NCBI GenBank assembly: GCA_002633005.1
Contig: NMRA01000046.1
Span: 386,266 to 450,265, forward strand
From: Phoronis australis
Lineage: Eukaryota; Animalia; Phoronida
Direction: 5' to 3'
Length of the DNA: 64,000 bases
The notes beneath the pieces are model-generated. The model ran no database searches, was not told the origin of the DNA, and saw nothing but the letters and a program-made list of their open reading frames with translations. Positions 25,001-37,000 of the stretch are shown here, piece after piece; positions within the stretch are counted from its first letter, which is position 1, and each line of letters opens with the position of its first letter. A program made the translations under genes and the position numbers.

Positions 25001-28000
25001 ACTAAGTCTGATGTATGTGCTATTCCACTTTGTAATGAAGATAATATCTATGTTGCCTTTTTGTCATGTAGTCATATTTACATCAAATGAATCTGCAACA
25101 AATTTGAATAAACTGTATGGTAGTTATCCTCTTATTTCGCACAAAAATTACTAAAAAGATCATTTTCCATTATTCATTGACTGGTTAAATTTTTGCAAAT
25201 AATGGGAACTTTTAGTAAAATTAATGTCGTTTTATGATGTCTACATTCTGCAAGCCATGTTTGTAATATTCAGTACTAAAATGCTCTTAATCTTTATTTT
25301 ATGGAAAACTCAACAGAATTTCACTTGAAGTTCACATTGTTTGCTAAATAATGTAAAGAATTACCATACTTCATTTTAGTAATTTCTGCATGCCTCTATT
25401 CTAAATTATTATAAAGGACATTCTTATTTCTGTCAACTAATCCACCGTTTCCATTTTTAGTCATATATATGTCAAACACATTCAAAATTAACAATATTAT
25501 CAGTGTAAGTACACAAACCACATTCTTACACCATTTAACCTGTGCAGGTACCCTGAGACGAGTTATTTAGTCATATATATGTCAAACACATTCAAAATTA
25601 ACAATATTATCAGTGTAAGTACATAAACCACATTCTTACACCATTTACCCTGTACAGGCTACCCTGAGACGAATTATTGAGTAGAATGTGTGAGCGAGTG
25701 AAAAACTTGACTGCAAAAATGGATTCCCATTGTGTCCTAAGTTGTTGTAGTTCTACCGATCTAGCACTGGTATGTTTTAGAATATTGTTATAACTGTTTC
25801 CATGTTTTAGTTGTGCTTGGCTTACACTGGTGAACTGAGACCTCACGTTCGTCTCAATGTCTGGTGGAAAGAAACTGGAACAGGAAAGGATATGTTGACG
25901 GAGAGAATCTATCCTTACTCCTTCATTACAGACTCTGAGTAAGACATGTAGAATATATCTATCTTAAGTTTGAAGCCTTGTTAGACATCTGGTTTTGTGA
26001 AGTACTAGAGCTATGTGCAATGTCTCAGGCATGGGTTATTCTGCTTTGGGGTTTTGGGGTTAGTTTAAAAACTTTGCTTATTAATATGTTGGCGCAGTAT
26101 CATGAATCACAGGTAATTGTAAGTGGTAAATATATTATTCTTGTCATTGTGTAAGTATCTTACCCTGGCCAGTTGGTTGGTCAAGTACTTTACCTATTGT
26201 GTGTGACTTTACATCTCGTTTTACTTTTTGTGTCTATCCCTTCACTCTACTCATACTTTCCCTATTGGTTGCAGTTGGCACTATGCCTGTCTAGACTTGA
26301 TGATTCTTGTGTCATCTGATGAATGGATCAGTGCACACCGTCAGCCATTCAGTGAGCTTAAAGTGGAGAAGATAGCATTGGAAACATCCAATGACGATCC
26401 GACATTTGTTGACGAAGTGTTCATTGGAGATCGGCCAAGGACAAGTATATGGAATAGTTTATTTAGTCTTTTGTGATTGTTTTTTGGTTTCAGGATGAGT
26501 GATATAAAATTATGGGTGAATTTCTATTTCGTTTATTTAGATTTAGTTCATGGATTTGTTGACTCCACTGTTTTACAAAATTTTTGTTTCAAAGAATGAA
26601 ATCACAGATATCTTTCTGACTAATTCCTTGAAATGTTTGTGTTGTAGTCACTGTGTACAGAGGAGCTATCCACCCAAATGGTGTTTACATTGACAAGATC
26701 AAAGTGACCAAGCATGATTCCCAGTTCAACATCAGTGTGACCTCTCTGGACTGTGGTTATGGACTGCCACTCATTTCTGTTTCGTCCAATGACAGCGTGC
26801 AACTCTCCTCCAACACCCAGTCAGCTTCTTGGGAGTTATCAGATGGCAGTACTGTAGAGGTGAAGAGACTGGAGGCACTTGCCCCACCTGTTGGTGGAAA
26901 TGTAATCATTGGGTTTAATGGAATGAATATGTCTGGTAGGTGCAATTTCAGTGAGTTGGTCACATGGTTATGTCTTTTGATTATACTTTTTTAATTGCTT
27001 TTAGTCAGTCCCAGTTTTGCTTTGCAGTCAGCTGAATAAAATCACAGTGATCCCATGAAATCAAAACACATTTGTTGGACATGAGCTTGTTGCATATTAC
27101 AATGAAGTTTTACTCTTGAGGTTTAATTGAAATGTCAGGGTTAGTTTGTATTGTGGTAGTTTGTTGATTGTGACACCTTAGTTTCTAGAGAAATGACCGT
27201 CTTGTTTGCATTAAATGTTGCAGTTTATTGAAACACTTACATGGATGTACTGTATGCATTTAGTAAATTACACTCAACATCTCTTTATCATCAAACTGCC
27301 ATGTCCAAGCTGAACTGTCATCCTTTGCATCATGTGATTTCAGTTGAACCAGATCTGTCGGCTGAAGACATGAAGAGCCATCTAGAGTCAGCCTTTCCAG
27401 GCATTGGTAACCTAGAGGTCAAGAGGTCAGGAGACTGTAGTGGCCATACTTACAATATCAGGTGGCCCAATGATGGTGGAGCCATGCCTCTCTTCATTGT
27501 AAGAAATTCTGATTACCTGGGTTAACAACACCTTGAGGACCCGTAATAAGAAAGAGTTTTACCAAGTTTTAGTATCCAAATTGAATGACTGTTATAAACC
27601 ATGAAAATGCTTTAAACTGGAACTGGAAATATTACTGCTTGACATGATGGTGGTGAGTAATGATTGCTTAAGAGGTTACATTACTTTACTAACTATGTGA
27701 TAAAGCTTGACTGTAATGTTCTAGCCATTATTTCAGGTATTGAAGTCCAACTTGACTGGCATTGATGTTAATGTGACAACTGTGAGGAAGGTGGAGGGGG
27801 GATTACTTTTGGCCCCTATCCCTGGGGACATGCTGAGGTCGTACCACGTGGAACCTCAGGTAATATTCAAGCAGGGGTTGGGAGTCTTTCATTCTGTGAC
27901 ATTGTTTTCACATAATAGTGAACTATTGATACTAAAACAGTGATTGTGCCATAATTAAGTATTTTGTGATTCATCTATGAGGTGGAAAATAATTGAAATT

Positions 28001-31000
28001 CTGTGTTATGGATGTTACATTTAGGTTGTGGTTGCAATCAATGGTGTCCCTGCTAGTTGCTATGGCAACAACTGTACATTCAGTTACAGTGAAGATGCCA
28101 CACCTACTGTGGACAGCGTATCACCTGTCTCGGGTATGTGAAACATTAACTCTTGTTAACCCTCATAATTTCAAAGAATGTCTCGATAGGTGTTATTTTC
28201 ATTTTTTTAGATTTTCTTTCAATTCTGAAAAATTCCAGGAAGAAATTGCTGTTTTTAAGATAATAATTCAGCTGTCAGTGTAGTCAACAAAAGGTGACTG
28301 TTTATGAATTTTCAAAGCGTTTGGCATCTGGCTTGTCATTGTGTTGTAGGCTCTACAGGGACTCACATCACTCTCAGTGGATCAGGCTTCATATCTGTCA
28401 CTGATGACATCAAGGTTACCATTGGTGGAGATGTTTGTAATGTGACTGCTGCATCAGCCAGTCATATTGACTGTACTTTAGGTAAGTACCAAACTGGATT
28501 GCAGCATTATGAATATGGCATGATTTTGTCCGTTATCTCAGGTTACGAACTTGATTGATTATTGCAAATGAAATGAGTGTATTTGCAAGGAATTTTATGT
28601 GTTCAACATGTGTGATTTTGTGATAGGTGATGCGTTAAGTAAAACACTTTCACTTTGCGGAAAAATGCAAGCCTTTTTAATTCTGTGTTGTATATTGTTG
28701 GGCATGGTTTAGCTTAAGGATAAAAAAGCTTTTTGTTGTACATTCTAGGGCATGGTATAGCTGGCAGACACACTCCAGTAGTCAGTCTATCTCAGGCTGG
28801 TCTAGCTAGAATAAATAGTGGGACTGTCACAGTCAAACCTGAAATAACATCATTGAGTCCAACATCAGGCAGTAGTGCTGGTGAGTAGTCAGTCTATCTC
28901 AGGCTGGTCTAGCTAGAATAAACATTGGGACTGTCACAGTGGATATTATGATTTATAAATAGGACTTGCTAGAAAGTCATCACATGAATGGATGTCCGAT
29001 ATTCACAGTACATTACATTATTAATCTCGTGTTTAGTCAAGTGATAATTCGTTTTTGAGTGAATGTCTTTTTATTAATGAAACTGTAATGGAATTTTGAA
29101 ACTCAAAATAACTCGTATCTGAGAATGAGTCTATATTTCAAAAAAATGTTTTCCGTTTTCTGTAGATTTTTTGGACTGAAGCCCCATAGTCTTAGAGAAG
29201 AAGAAGAAGCAGCAATAACCATGATTTGTGTAGTTAAGTTGTGGGAAATACTCTCTTCATAAACTCCTCTACTGTTTTCTATATTTTGTTCCCTTCAGGT
29301 GGTAGCCTGCTCACTATAACTGGCCGTGCCTTCAGTAGCTCTTTTAATGAGAACACAGTGACTGTTGGAGGACAGGCCTGCCACCTGGTGAAGTCCACAT
29401 TCTCACAGATAGTGTGTGTCACACCTGCCAAGGCAAGTCTGTTATGGAGGTTTTTGTTTTTGTCAATGGAAATTGGCTGTTGAATGTGATGCCAGTGTTT
29501 GTCTTGATGTTTGCAAAATTCCATCACGTTTGGATGACACTTAAAAGACTGTAATGATTGTCGTTAAATTTTGTATAATTTTAAGTTCCAGCTTTTGACC
29601 GACTGGACTGTGTTAGATGACTTTAAGTTTCTTTTGCAGAAGGCAGGCAGCTCATCAGATGCACAAGTGACAGTGTCTGTCAATGGACAGAGTCATACTG
29701 CCACCACTACCTTTGAGTATGACTCTATGAATACAGCCAAGGTTACTGCAGTGGACAAGACTGAACTTCCTGTCTCTGGTATGATGTGATGGCTGTCTGA
29801 CGTGTACAAGATTATGGTGTGANATCATTGAGTCCAACATCAGGCAGTAGTGCTGGTGAGTAGTCAGTCTATCTCAGGCTGGTCTAGCTAGAATAAACAG
29901 TGGGACTGTCACAGTGGATTTTATGATGTATAAATAGGACTTGCTAGAAAGTCATCACATGAATGGATGTCCGATATTCACAGTACATTACATTATTAAT
30001 CTCGTGTTTAGTCAAGTGTTAATTCGTTTTTGAGTGAATGTCTTTTTATTAATGAAACTGTAATGGAATTTTGAAACTCAAAATAACTCGTATCTGAGAA
30101 TGAGTCTATATTTCAGAAAAATATTTCCTGTTTTCTGTAGATTTTTTGGACTGAAGCCCCGTAGTCTTAGAGAAGAAGAAGAAGCAGCAATAACCATGAT
30201 TTGTGTAGTTCAGTTGTGGGAAATACTCTCTTCATAAACTTCTCTACTGTTTTCTATATTTTGTTCCCTTCAGGTGGTAGCATGCTCACTATAACTGGCC
30301 GTGCCTTCAGTAGCTTTTTTAATGAGAACACAGTGACTGTTGGAGGACAGGCCTGCCACCTGGTGAAGTCCACATTCTCACAGATAGTGTGTGCCACACC
30401 TGCCAAGGCAAGTCTGTTATGGTGGTTTTTGTTTTTGTCAATGGAAATTGGCTGTTGAATGTGATGCCAATGTTTGTCTTGATGTTTGCAAAATCCCATC
30501 ACGTTTGGATGACACTTAAAAGATTGTAATGATTGTCGTTAAATTTTTGTATAATTTTAAGTTCCAGCTTTTGACCGACTGGACTGTGTTAGATGACTTT
30601 AAGTTTTGTTTTGCAGAAGGCAGACAGCTCATCAGATGCACAAGTGACAGTGTCTGTCAATGGACAGAGTCATACTGCCACCATTACCTTTAAGTATGAC
30701 TCTATGAATACAGCCAAGGTTACTGCAGTGGACAAGACTGAACTTCCTGTCTCTGGTATGATGTGATGGCTGTCTGACGTGTACAAGATTATGGTATGAT
30801 GTGATGGCTGTCTGACGTGTACAAGATTATGGTATGGTGTGATGGATGTCTGTGTACAAGATAATGGTATGGTGTGATGGATGTCTGTGTACAAGATTAT
30901 GGTATGATGTGATGGCTGTCTGTGTACAAGATTATGGTATGGTGTGATGGATGTCTGTGTACAAGATTATGGTATGGTGTGATGGATGTCTGTGTACAAG

Positions 31001-34000
31001 ATTATGGTATGGTGTGATGGATGTCTATGTACAAGATTATGGTATGATGTGATGGATGTCTGTGTACTAGATTATGGTATGGTGTGATGGATGTCTGTGT
31101 ACAAGATTATGGTATGGTGTGATGGATGTCTGTGTACAAGATTATGGTATGGTGTGATGGCTGTCTGTGTGCAAAATTAGCAAAATGCATGTTTTGTTCA
31201 TTTGTGATTGCGTGAATGGTTATCAGCATTTTACCAACAAACTTGAACCTGATGGGAAAATTATGATTCAAACTTGATATAGAAACTCATTATAATTTCG
31301 ACCAGACATTGAAGATTCGATGGGCTGTTTCCACTAGGCAATGGTGACTGTCCGATTCATGCAAAAATTGCACTGCCTTCTGCTGGTGTTCCAGGATAAC
31401 AACTTCTGAACCCTGGAGTATGAGTCAGACACCATAAATCTGACACCAACATTTTGGTGTCATGGCCCTAGAACATTGACAGAAAGTCATGAAATGTTTA
31501 GGAGAATCAGTCAATTTTTTCCCAGCTGAATGAGCCAGTTGGCTTGGCAGCATTGGGAGTAATCAGTGTTAAGTTATTTATTTTATAATGTGCAAATCAA
31601 GTACATCACCTAGTAGACGGATTGAATGATAATGTCCATCATCTAATTCTTGATCCTGTTTTTTCAGGGGGAGTAGTGACAATAACTGGCTCAGGTTTTG
31701 GCAGCTTTGCAGCTGTTGAATTCCCGGTTACCATCGGTAAGACCTCTTGTGCTGTAGTGTCTTATAATGACACTGTGATCCAGTGTAGACTGTCATTGAT
31801 GTCACCGGGTAAACATGCTGTCCAAGTACAACTAGCTAATGGTTACGCAAATGCAAGGTAACTAACCCACCTCTGTGTTTGGTAAAGAAAATGTATTATT
31901 TTTAAGTCTCAACGCTGATAAAACTTTTAATTGAAGATGTAAACATAGTTATTAACAAAAAACTTTATTTTTAATGTGAACTTTACACTGTTTAAGGTTG
32001 TCATTGATTTTCTATTTCTTGTGAATCAAAATACTTACATTACATGATAGCCATGTATTTTCAGCTTATGCCCTGAAGTCAATGTAGACCTTGAAGTAAC
32101 TGGTGTATGGCCACAGCTGGGTTCATTTGCTGGAGGATCACTTCTGACTATAGTTGGGCGGGGCTTCAGTGATGATATCAGTGATGTGTCAGTCTCAGTA
32201 GGACCACGTCCATGTACTGTTGTGACCAGTTCACAGACTCAGGTCACCTGTAGGACTAGTGCAGTGTATGCAACACATAAAGTTTCCAACATGGGCATTC
32301 ACCCAGGTATGTTTTTTAAAAAAATCTTTCATCAAACAAACAGTACACGAAATAATACACATGCCTGTTCAAAAATCAAAGACCTATGGTAAGGTGAACA
32401 GTGCTGACATAACTGTCTATTTTGTTTCTAGTTATTTTCTTGCCATGAAACTATGAAGAGAGCTTTTCCATTGGTTTTGTTCAATTTTGCCAATAACGAT
32501 TTCTTAATATTCCTCGATAATTGATCATTCAAGCTTTATTCAAGATGGTAATAAAGATTTTTTTAAAATTCTCTTGTCATTTCATAGAAACTGAATCTGA
32601 TTGATGCACTTGACAAATGATTATAAATGCATACTACAATAAATATGTGTCCCCAGTACTTTTGCAGCATAATGTGAAATATATTAAAGGCGAAGGCAAC
32701 CTTTTTCCATGTCATTTTGAGCTAAAATAAGGTTGGTTGGTTATCCTAGACATATTTTTCACTTAATTACAGCTTTTCGTAATTTTATTAATTATTCGTC
32801 CGCTTTTCCGGAAGTGACGTTTTAGGAGGCAAGCGCTTCCCGCCAATTTCTTTTCACATAGTCTGACTGTGAGAGCTGCCGAGTCAGTCATTGTTCTACC
32901 TCGGTTGTGTTAAGTTCCGTCGTCGTTCGCTTTCATTTACTAGTCAGTCAACATGCCACACTGTTGCTGCGTACCGGGATGTAGTAATTATCGGCTCACG
33001 CGCGCTTTGGGAGTGCCTTTGCATCGCTTTCCGATGGATGACACACTTCGCCGTACTTGGCTCGTTCGTGTGAAGAACGCAGCGTTACCCGTCCACGCAA
33101 CGTACAAAGCAGTGGAGAATTACCGTGTGTGTGGCAAGCACTTTCTGCCGTCCGATTACGAAAGGGATTTGTACGCTGAACTGATGAAGGTCCCCGCGAA
33201 ACAACGCTTGAAGAAGGATGCCATTCCGTCTGTGTTGATTCCCGGCAGTGCCCCGTCGCCACCCCCGAGAAGTGCGTTTTTGAAGCGAGAAGCCTCGCGA
33301 GCTGTGGCCAGTACAGTGACTGGAGCCAGTGGAGGCACTTCATCTACTGTCACCCGTGCCTCCGAACGTACCCCAGAGCGTGCAATTCCTGGAACCAGTA
33401 GTGATTCGCCCTGTGCTGTTTTCTCCAGCCCAGAGCCTCTAAGCAGCCCTGCAGCGATATTGAGTAGTGGGAGTGATTACAGGCCCAGTTCGACACCCAG
33501 TGAAGAGGACAGTTCGTCGTCCAGTGAACAGATCGGTGAGCCAAACTTTGATAAGTTTATTGTGGACTTGTCTAAAGTGTTGGAGCTATTTAGAAGGTGC
33601 CAGGTGTGTGGCGAGGGAGTCACACGACACAATGTAAGCAGTTTGGGTGCTCAGGTCACCATCCAGTGGGAGTGTGTCACGGGACACTCTGGCAAGTGGG
33701 ACAGTTGTTCCTCTGTCCGTGGTATGCCGGAGGTCCACTTAACCATGTCCAGTGGTGTGCTCTTCACTGGAAACACGTTTCAGTCGGTGAAGACAATGAT
33801 GGACTTTGGAAAAGTCAAGTTTTTTTTCGAAAACAACATTCAACAACATTCAGAATTCCTATTTAATACCAGTTGTCAATGACGCATACATGTCACAACA
33901 TCTCGAGTTGGTGGCGGAATTCATGGAGAAGGAGAACTTGTCTGACTCACCAGGGCGGTCCGCCAAGTATACCACATACACTCTAATGGAGGAAGAGACC

Positions 34001-37000
34001 AAAAAGATAATTGATGTGGAACTCGGAACAGCACAAGCATTCAATTGAGGTAGGCATAACAACGCACACAGTGCATTTGCACCAAGATGTGTCACCACGT
34101 CTGTCTTCAGTAGCCGCCTCGTTTCTCTCAACAGCTGCCTGTGCCTGTGTGTACTCTGCCTCGTTGTACTCGGGCTCAAACATGTACCCACCCACTGAAT
34201 GTCCGTGAAAAAATTCCTAGTCACCACTGCTGTGAACAAGGTCTCCGTCACTCACACTACTGTCACTGTGATACGGGTCACCGACTCCAGCCATTTTCAG
34301 CTTACAACACACTAAACAATCCCTAAATCCAACGCAGTTGAGTTCTCTACTAACCTATCTTGCCGCAGAATACTCGCCGATGGAAAGTGGTGGCGACAAT
34401 TGGTGAAAAATAGCACAAAACAAAAGTAGAATAGAACAGATTCGCACAGTAAGCTCAACGCAAAACCAAGTGGCGGGAAGCGCTTGCCTCCTAAAACGTC
34501 ACCTCCGGAAAAGCGGACGAGTAATTAATAAAATTACGAAAAGCTGTAATTAAGTGAAAAATATGTCTAGGATAACCAACCAACCTTATTTTAGCTCAAA
34601 ATGACATGGAAAAAGGTTGCCTTCGCCTTTAATGGTGTCTATGTTCAATGGAACATTATTGTCTCTTAGTTGACATCTGTTTAGAGGCTAACTTTGGTGG
34701 ATATTTTATCCTGATGATGAAGACACTTCCAAGGACGATGTTATCTTGACCCTTTGTATTTAGAAATGGGTCCAGGTTATGTGTGGAGCCCTCAACATAT
34801 CACCATCACTTCTGGTGACTGGGTTGAGTGGCAGTGGACCACTCTACCTGGTACACACCAGGTTACATATGGTGTTCAACAGACTATAGATGGCACTAGT
34901 GTCGACTATGATGGTACAGGCTTCATCAGTGAAAGGACTTCAGAAGGTAAGACCTGTTACTAAAGTGCTTCCACCAAATTTGATCTCACAAAATGATTGT
35001 GTAAACATGATTTAAGGATATATTGCATTCAATTAAAAATTAATCTAATGAATTTTAAGTTTGTAAGTTTGTGTAATCTACCATAGTTATTCACTCTCCT
35101 CCGTGTTTTATAACGTAGATTGTTGATTGAATGTGATAAACTAGGTTGACACTTGACTTCTTCAAGCCTCATTGTAGGTAAGGTTTGGTCAAATGGAGTA
35201 TAACTACAATTTTCTTGGTTGATCAAGGCTAACAGTACTGTGCATTATTTGCTTATGGAAAATTTCTGTTTGTTTTTCTGCAGGCAAATTCACCCAGCAA
35301 TTTCTGAAAACTGGCACCTACTACTATTCTGCTGGGAAAGTGGAAGGTGTTGGTAACTTCAAAATGACTGGTGTAGTGACAGTGAAGTCTTCACCAGATC
35401 AGAGCAATGTTGTCAATGTTAAAGTGTCTGGTGTAGTAGTGCCACATAATATTGGGAAAGGTGATTGATGTTGTTTTGTGTGTTTTGTACAATCAGGAGA
35501 TGGAATATAATGTCATGTTTGGTAATATGGAATGTTGTTTCTGTAAAGGCACTTTTGCTAAAAATGTTACTTAAAACCATAATTTGCTATGAGGGTTCAT
35601 ATGGACTGTGTATAATGTTCATTTTACCATTCACTAATTGGTTGTGTGTCTAATACTCTTTTAGTCAAAATATTGAATACTCAGCAGACTTTCTGTGTCC
35701 AACACATTGTCTTGACCAGTGTTGTTTATATATATTCTTCACAGTTTTCTTTGATAAAATCTCTTCCTCAATGAGATTGTTATCAGTCGTCATGATTAGG
35801 AAATATTAAAGGCAGTTGCTGTTTTTAATATGGGCAATTATATAAATTATTAGTACTACATGATTTCAAATATTGTGTGTTGAAGTGATTAGCATACACA
35901 AAATTAGTACCAGCAAATACTGAGATTGGAATCATAAATTATTTCTTTGCTTTAGTTAGTTTTCTTTTTTCTGATTGTTGTGCCGTAAATCATTTCAGGT
36001 GTTTCAAAACCAGCCACTTCCTGTTTGCACAAGTTACCTGCTGCTCCGTGCAGCACACCGGCTACTCCTGGTGGTAGATTCTACTTCTCTCAAACCCAGT
36101 GTTCCACCCCAGTCATAACTATGGTATCTCCCAGTAATGTCACTGTAGGTGAAAACATTACCATTCAAGGCAAGTGGTTGGCTATTTACCATGAGAATAA
36201 GCTTGTCTTTAAGAACTATTAGATGCATTTTATGTAGGTGAGATGTTATGCTGTCATAACTTAAATGTCATGGTATCCCTGCTGAAGCTGACAGTTTATT
36301 TTTTAAGATATGTGTGATAGACATATTGTTCCCACTGGCAGGTGTTTCATTTCGGAAATGTCTTTTCTTCCTGTTATGGTATAATAACATTTATCTGTAA
36401 TTGTTGTCCTCTTCCATTTAATTCCAGGCAGTGGTTTGGGTGTTGAAAACTGTCAAACTGCTGTGTCTGTTGGGGGCTACGTGTGTGATGTCATCAGCTC
36501 TTCCGAGAATAAAGTCATGTGTGCGTTGTCATCCAAATCTCAAGTCCCAGGTAACACCACTAGCTGTCACAAATGCTATTGGAGGCTGACAGTAATAAAA
36601 TTCAAATGATATTAGTGATAAATGGGGTCTGTCAGAAATTTGGTTTTACTGTCATGTTTTTCCCGGTGATGGATTGGCACAAGTTGTTACCGATCGGTGC
36701 TAATAGCTTTTGATGTGACGATAGACTGAAGACTGGTTTGAGTTAATCACTTTTAAGTATTAAACTTGACCGTATGTTCAGAAGTCTACTCAAACAAAAC
36801 ATAAGGTCTGTTCTATGCTCCAGCCAGTGCTGCGAAGCCTTGAATTGTGATGAACTTCTGAGACACTTCCAACAATTGTATACACTTGTTGATTCAATAA
36901 TCTGATGTTTCTATAGCTGGCTCTCTATTGACTAATGGTGTAATGCTGATTCTGTATCGTATTTCCAATGCTAACTATACTCAACTTCAACTGACTGTGA

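Larger units (their letters stand above)
32688..34628 (+). mobile_element. Kolobok-type DNA transposon, internally deleted, young
   Basis: TTAA on both sides (32684-32687, 34629-34632); AG...CT termini; 158-bp TIRs (32688-32845, 34471-34628) with 2 mismatches by eye; THAP transposase remnant on + and KolX-like remnant on -. Confidence 0.88.

Noticed and set aside
30755-31170. CRISPR-like 35-bp repeats
   Set aside because: Head-to-tail minisatellite without spacers.
32953-33882. Domesticated host THAP transcription factor
   Set aside because: Enclosed by near-perfect TIRs and a TTAA TSD, frameshifted and deleted, with a decayed sibling nearby.
33983-34195. P2X7 receptor gene
   Set aside because: Only the Cys-rich motif is present, inside a transposon, with no channel exons.
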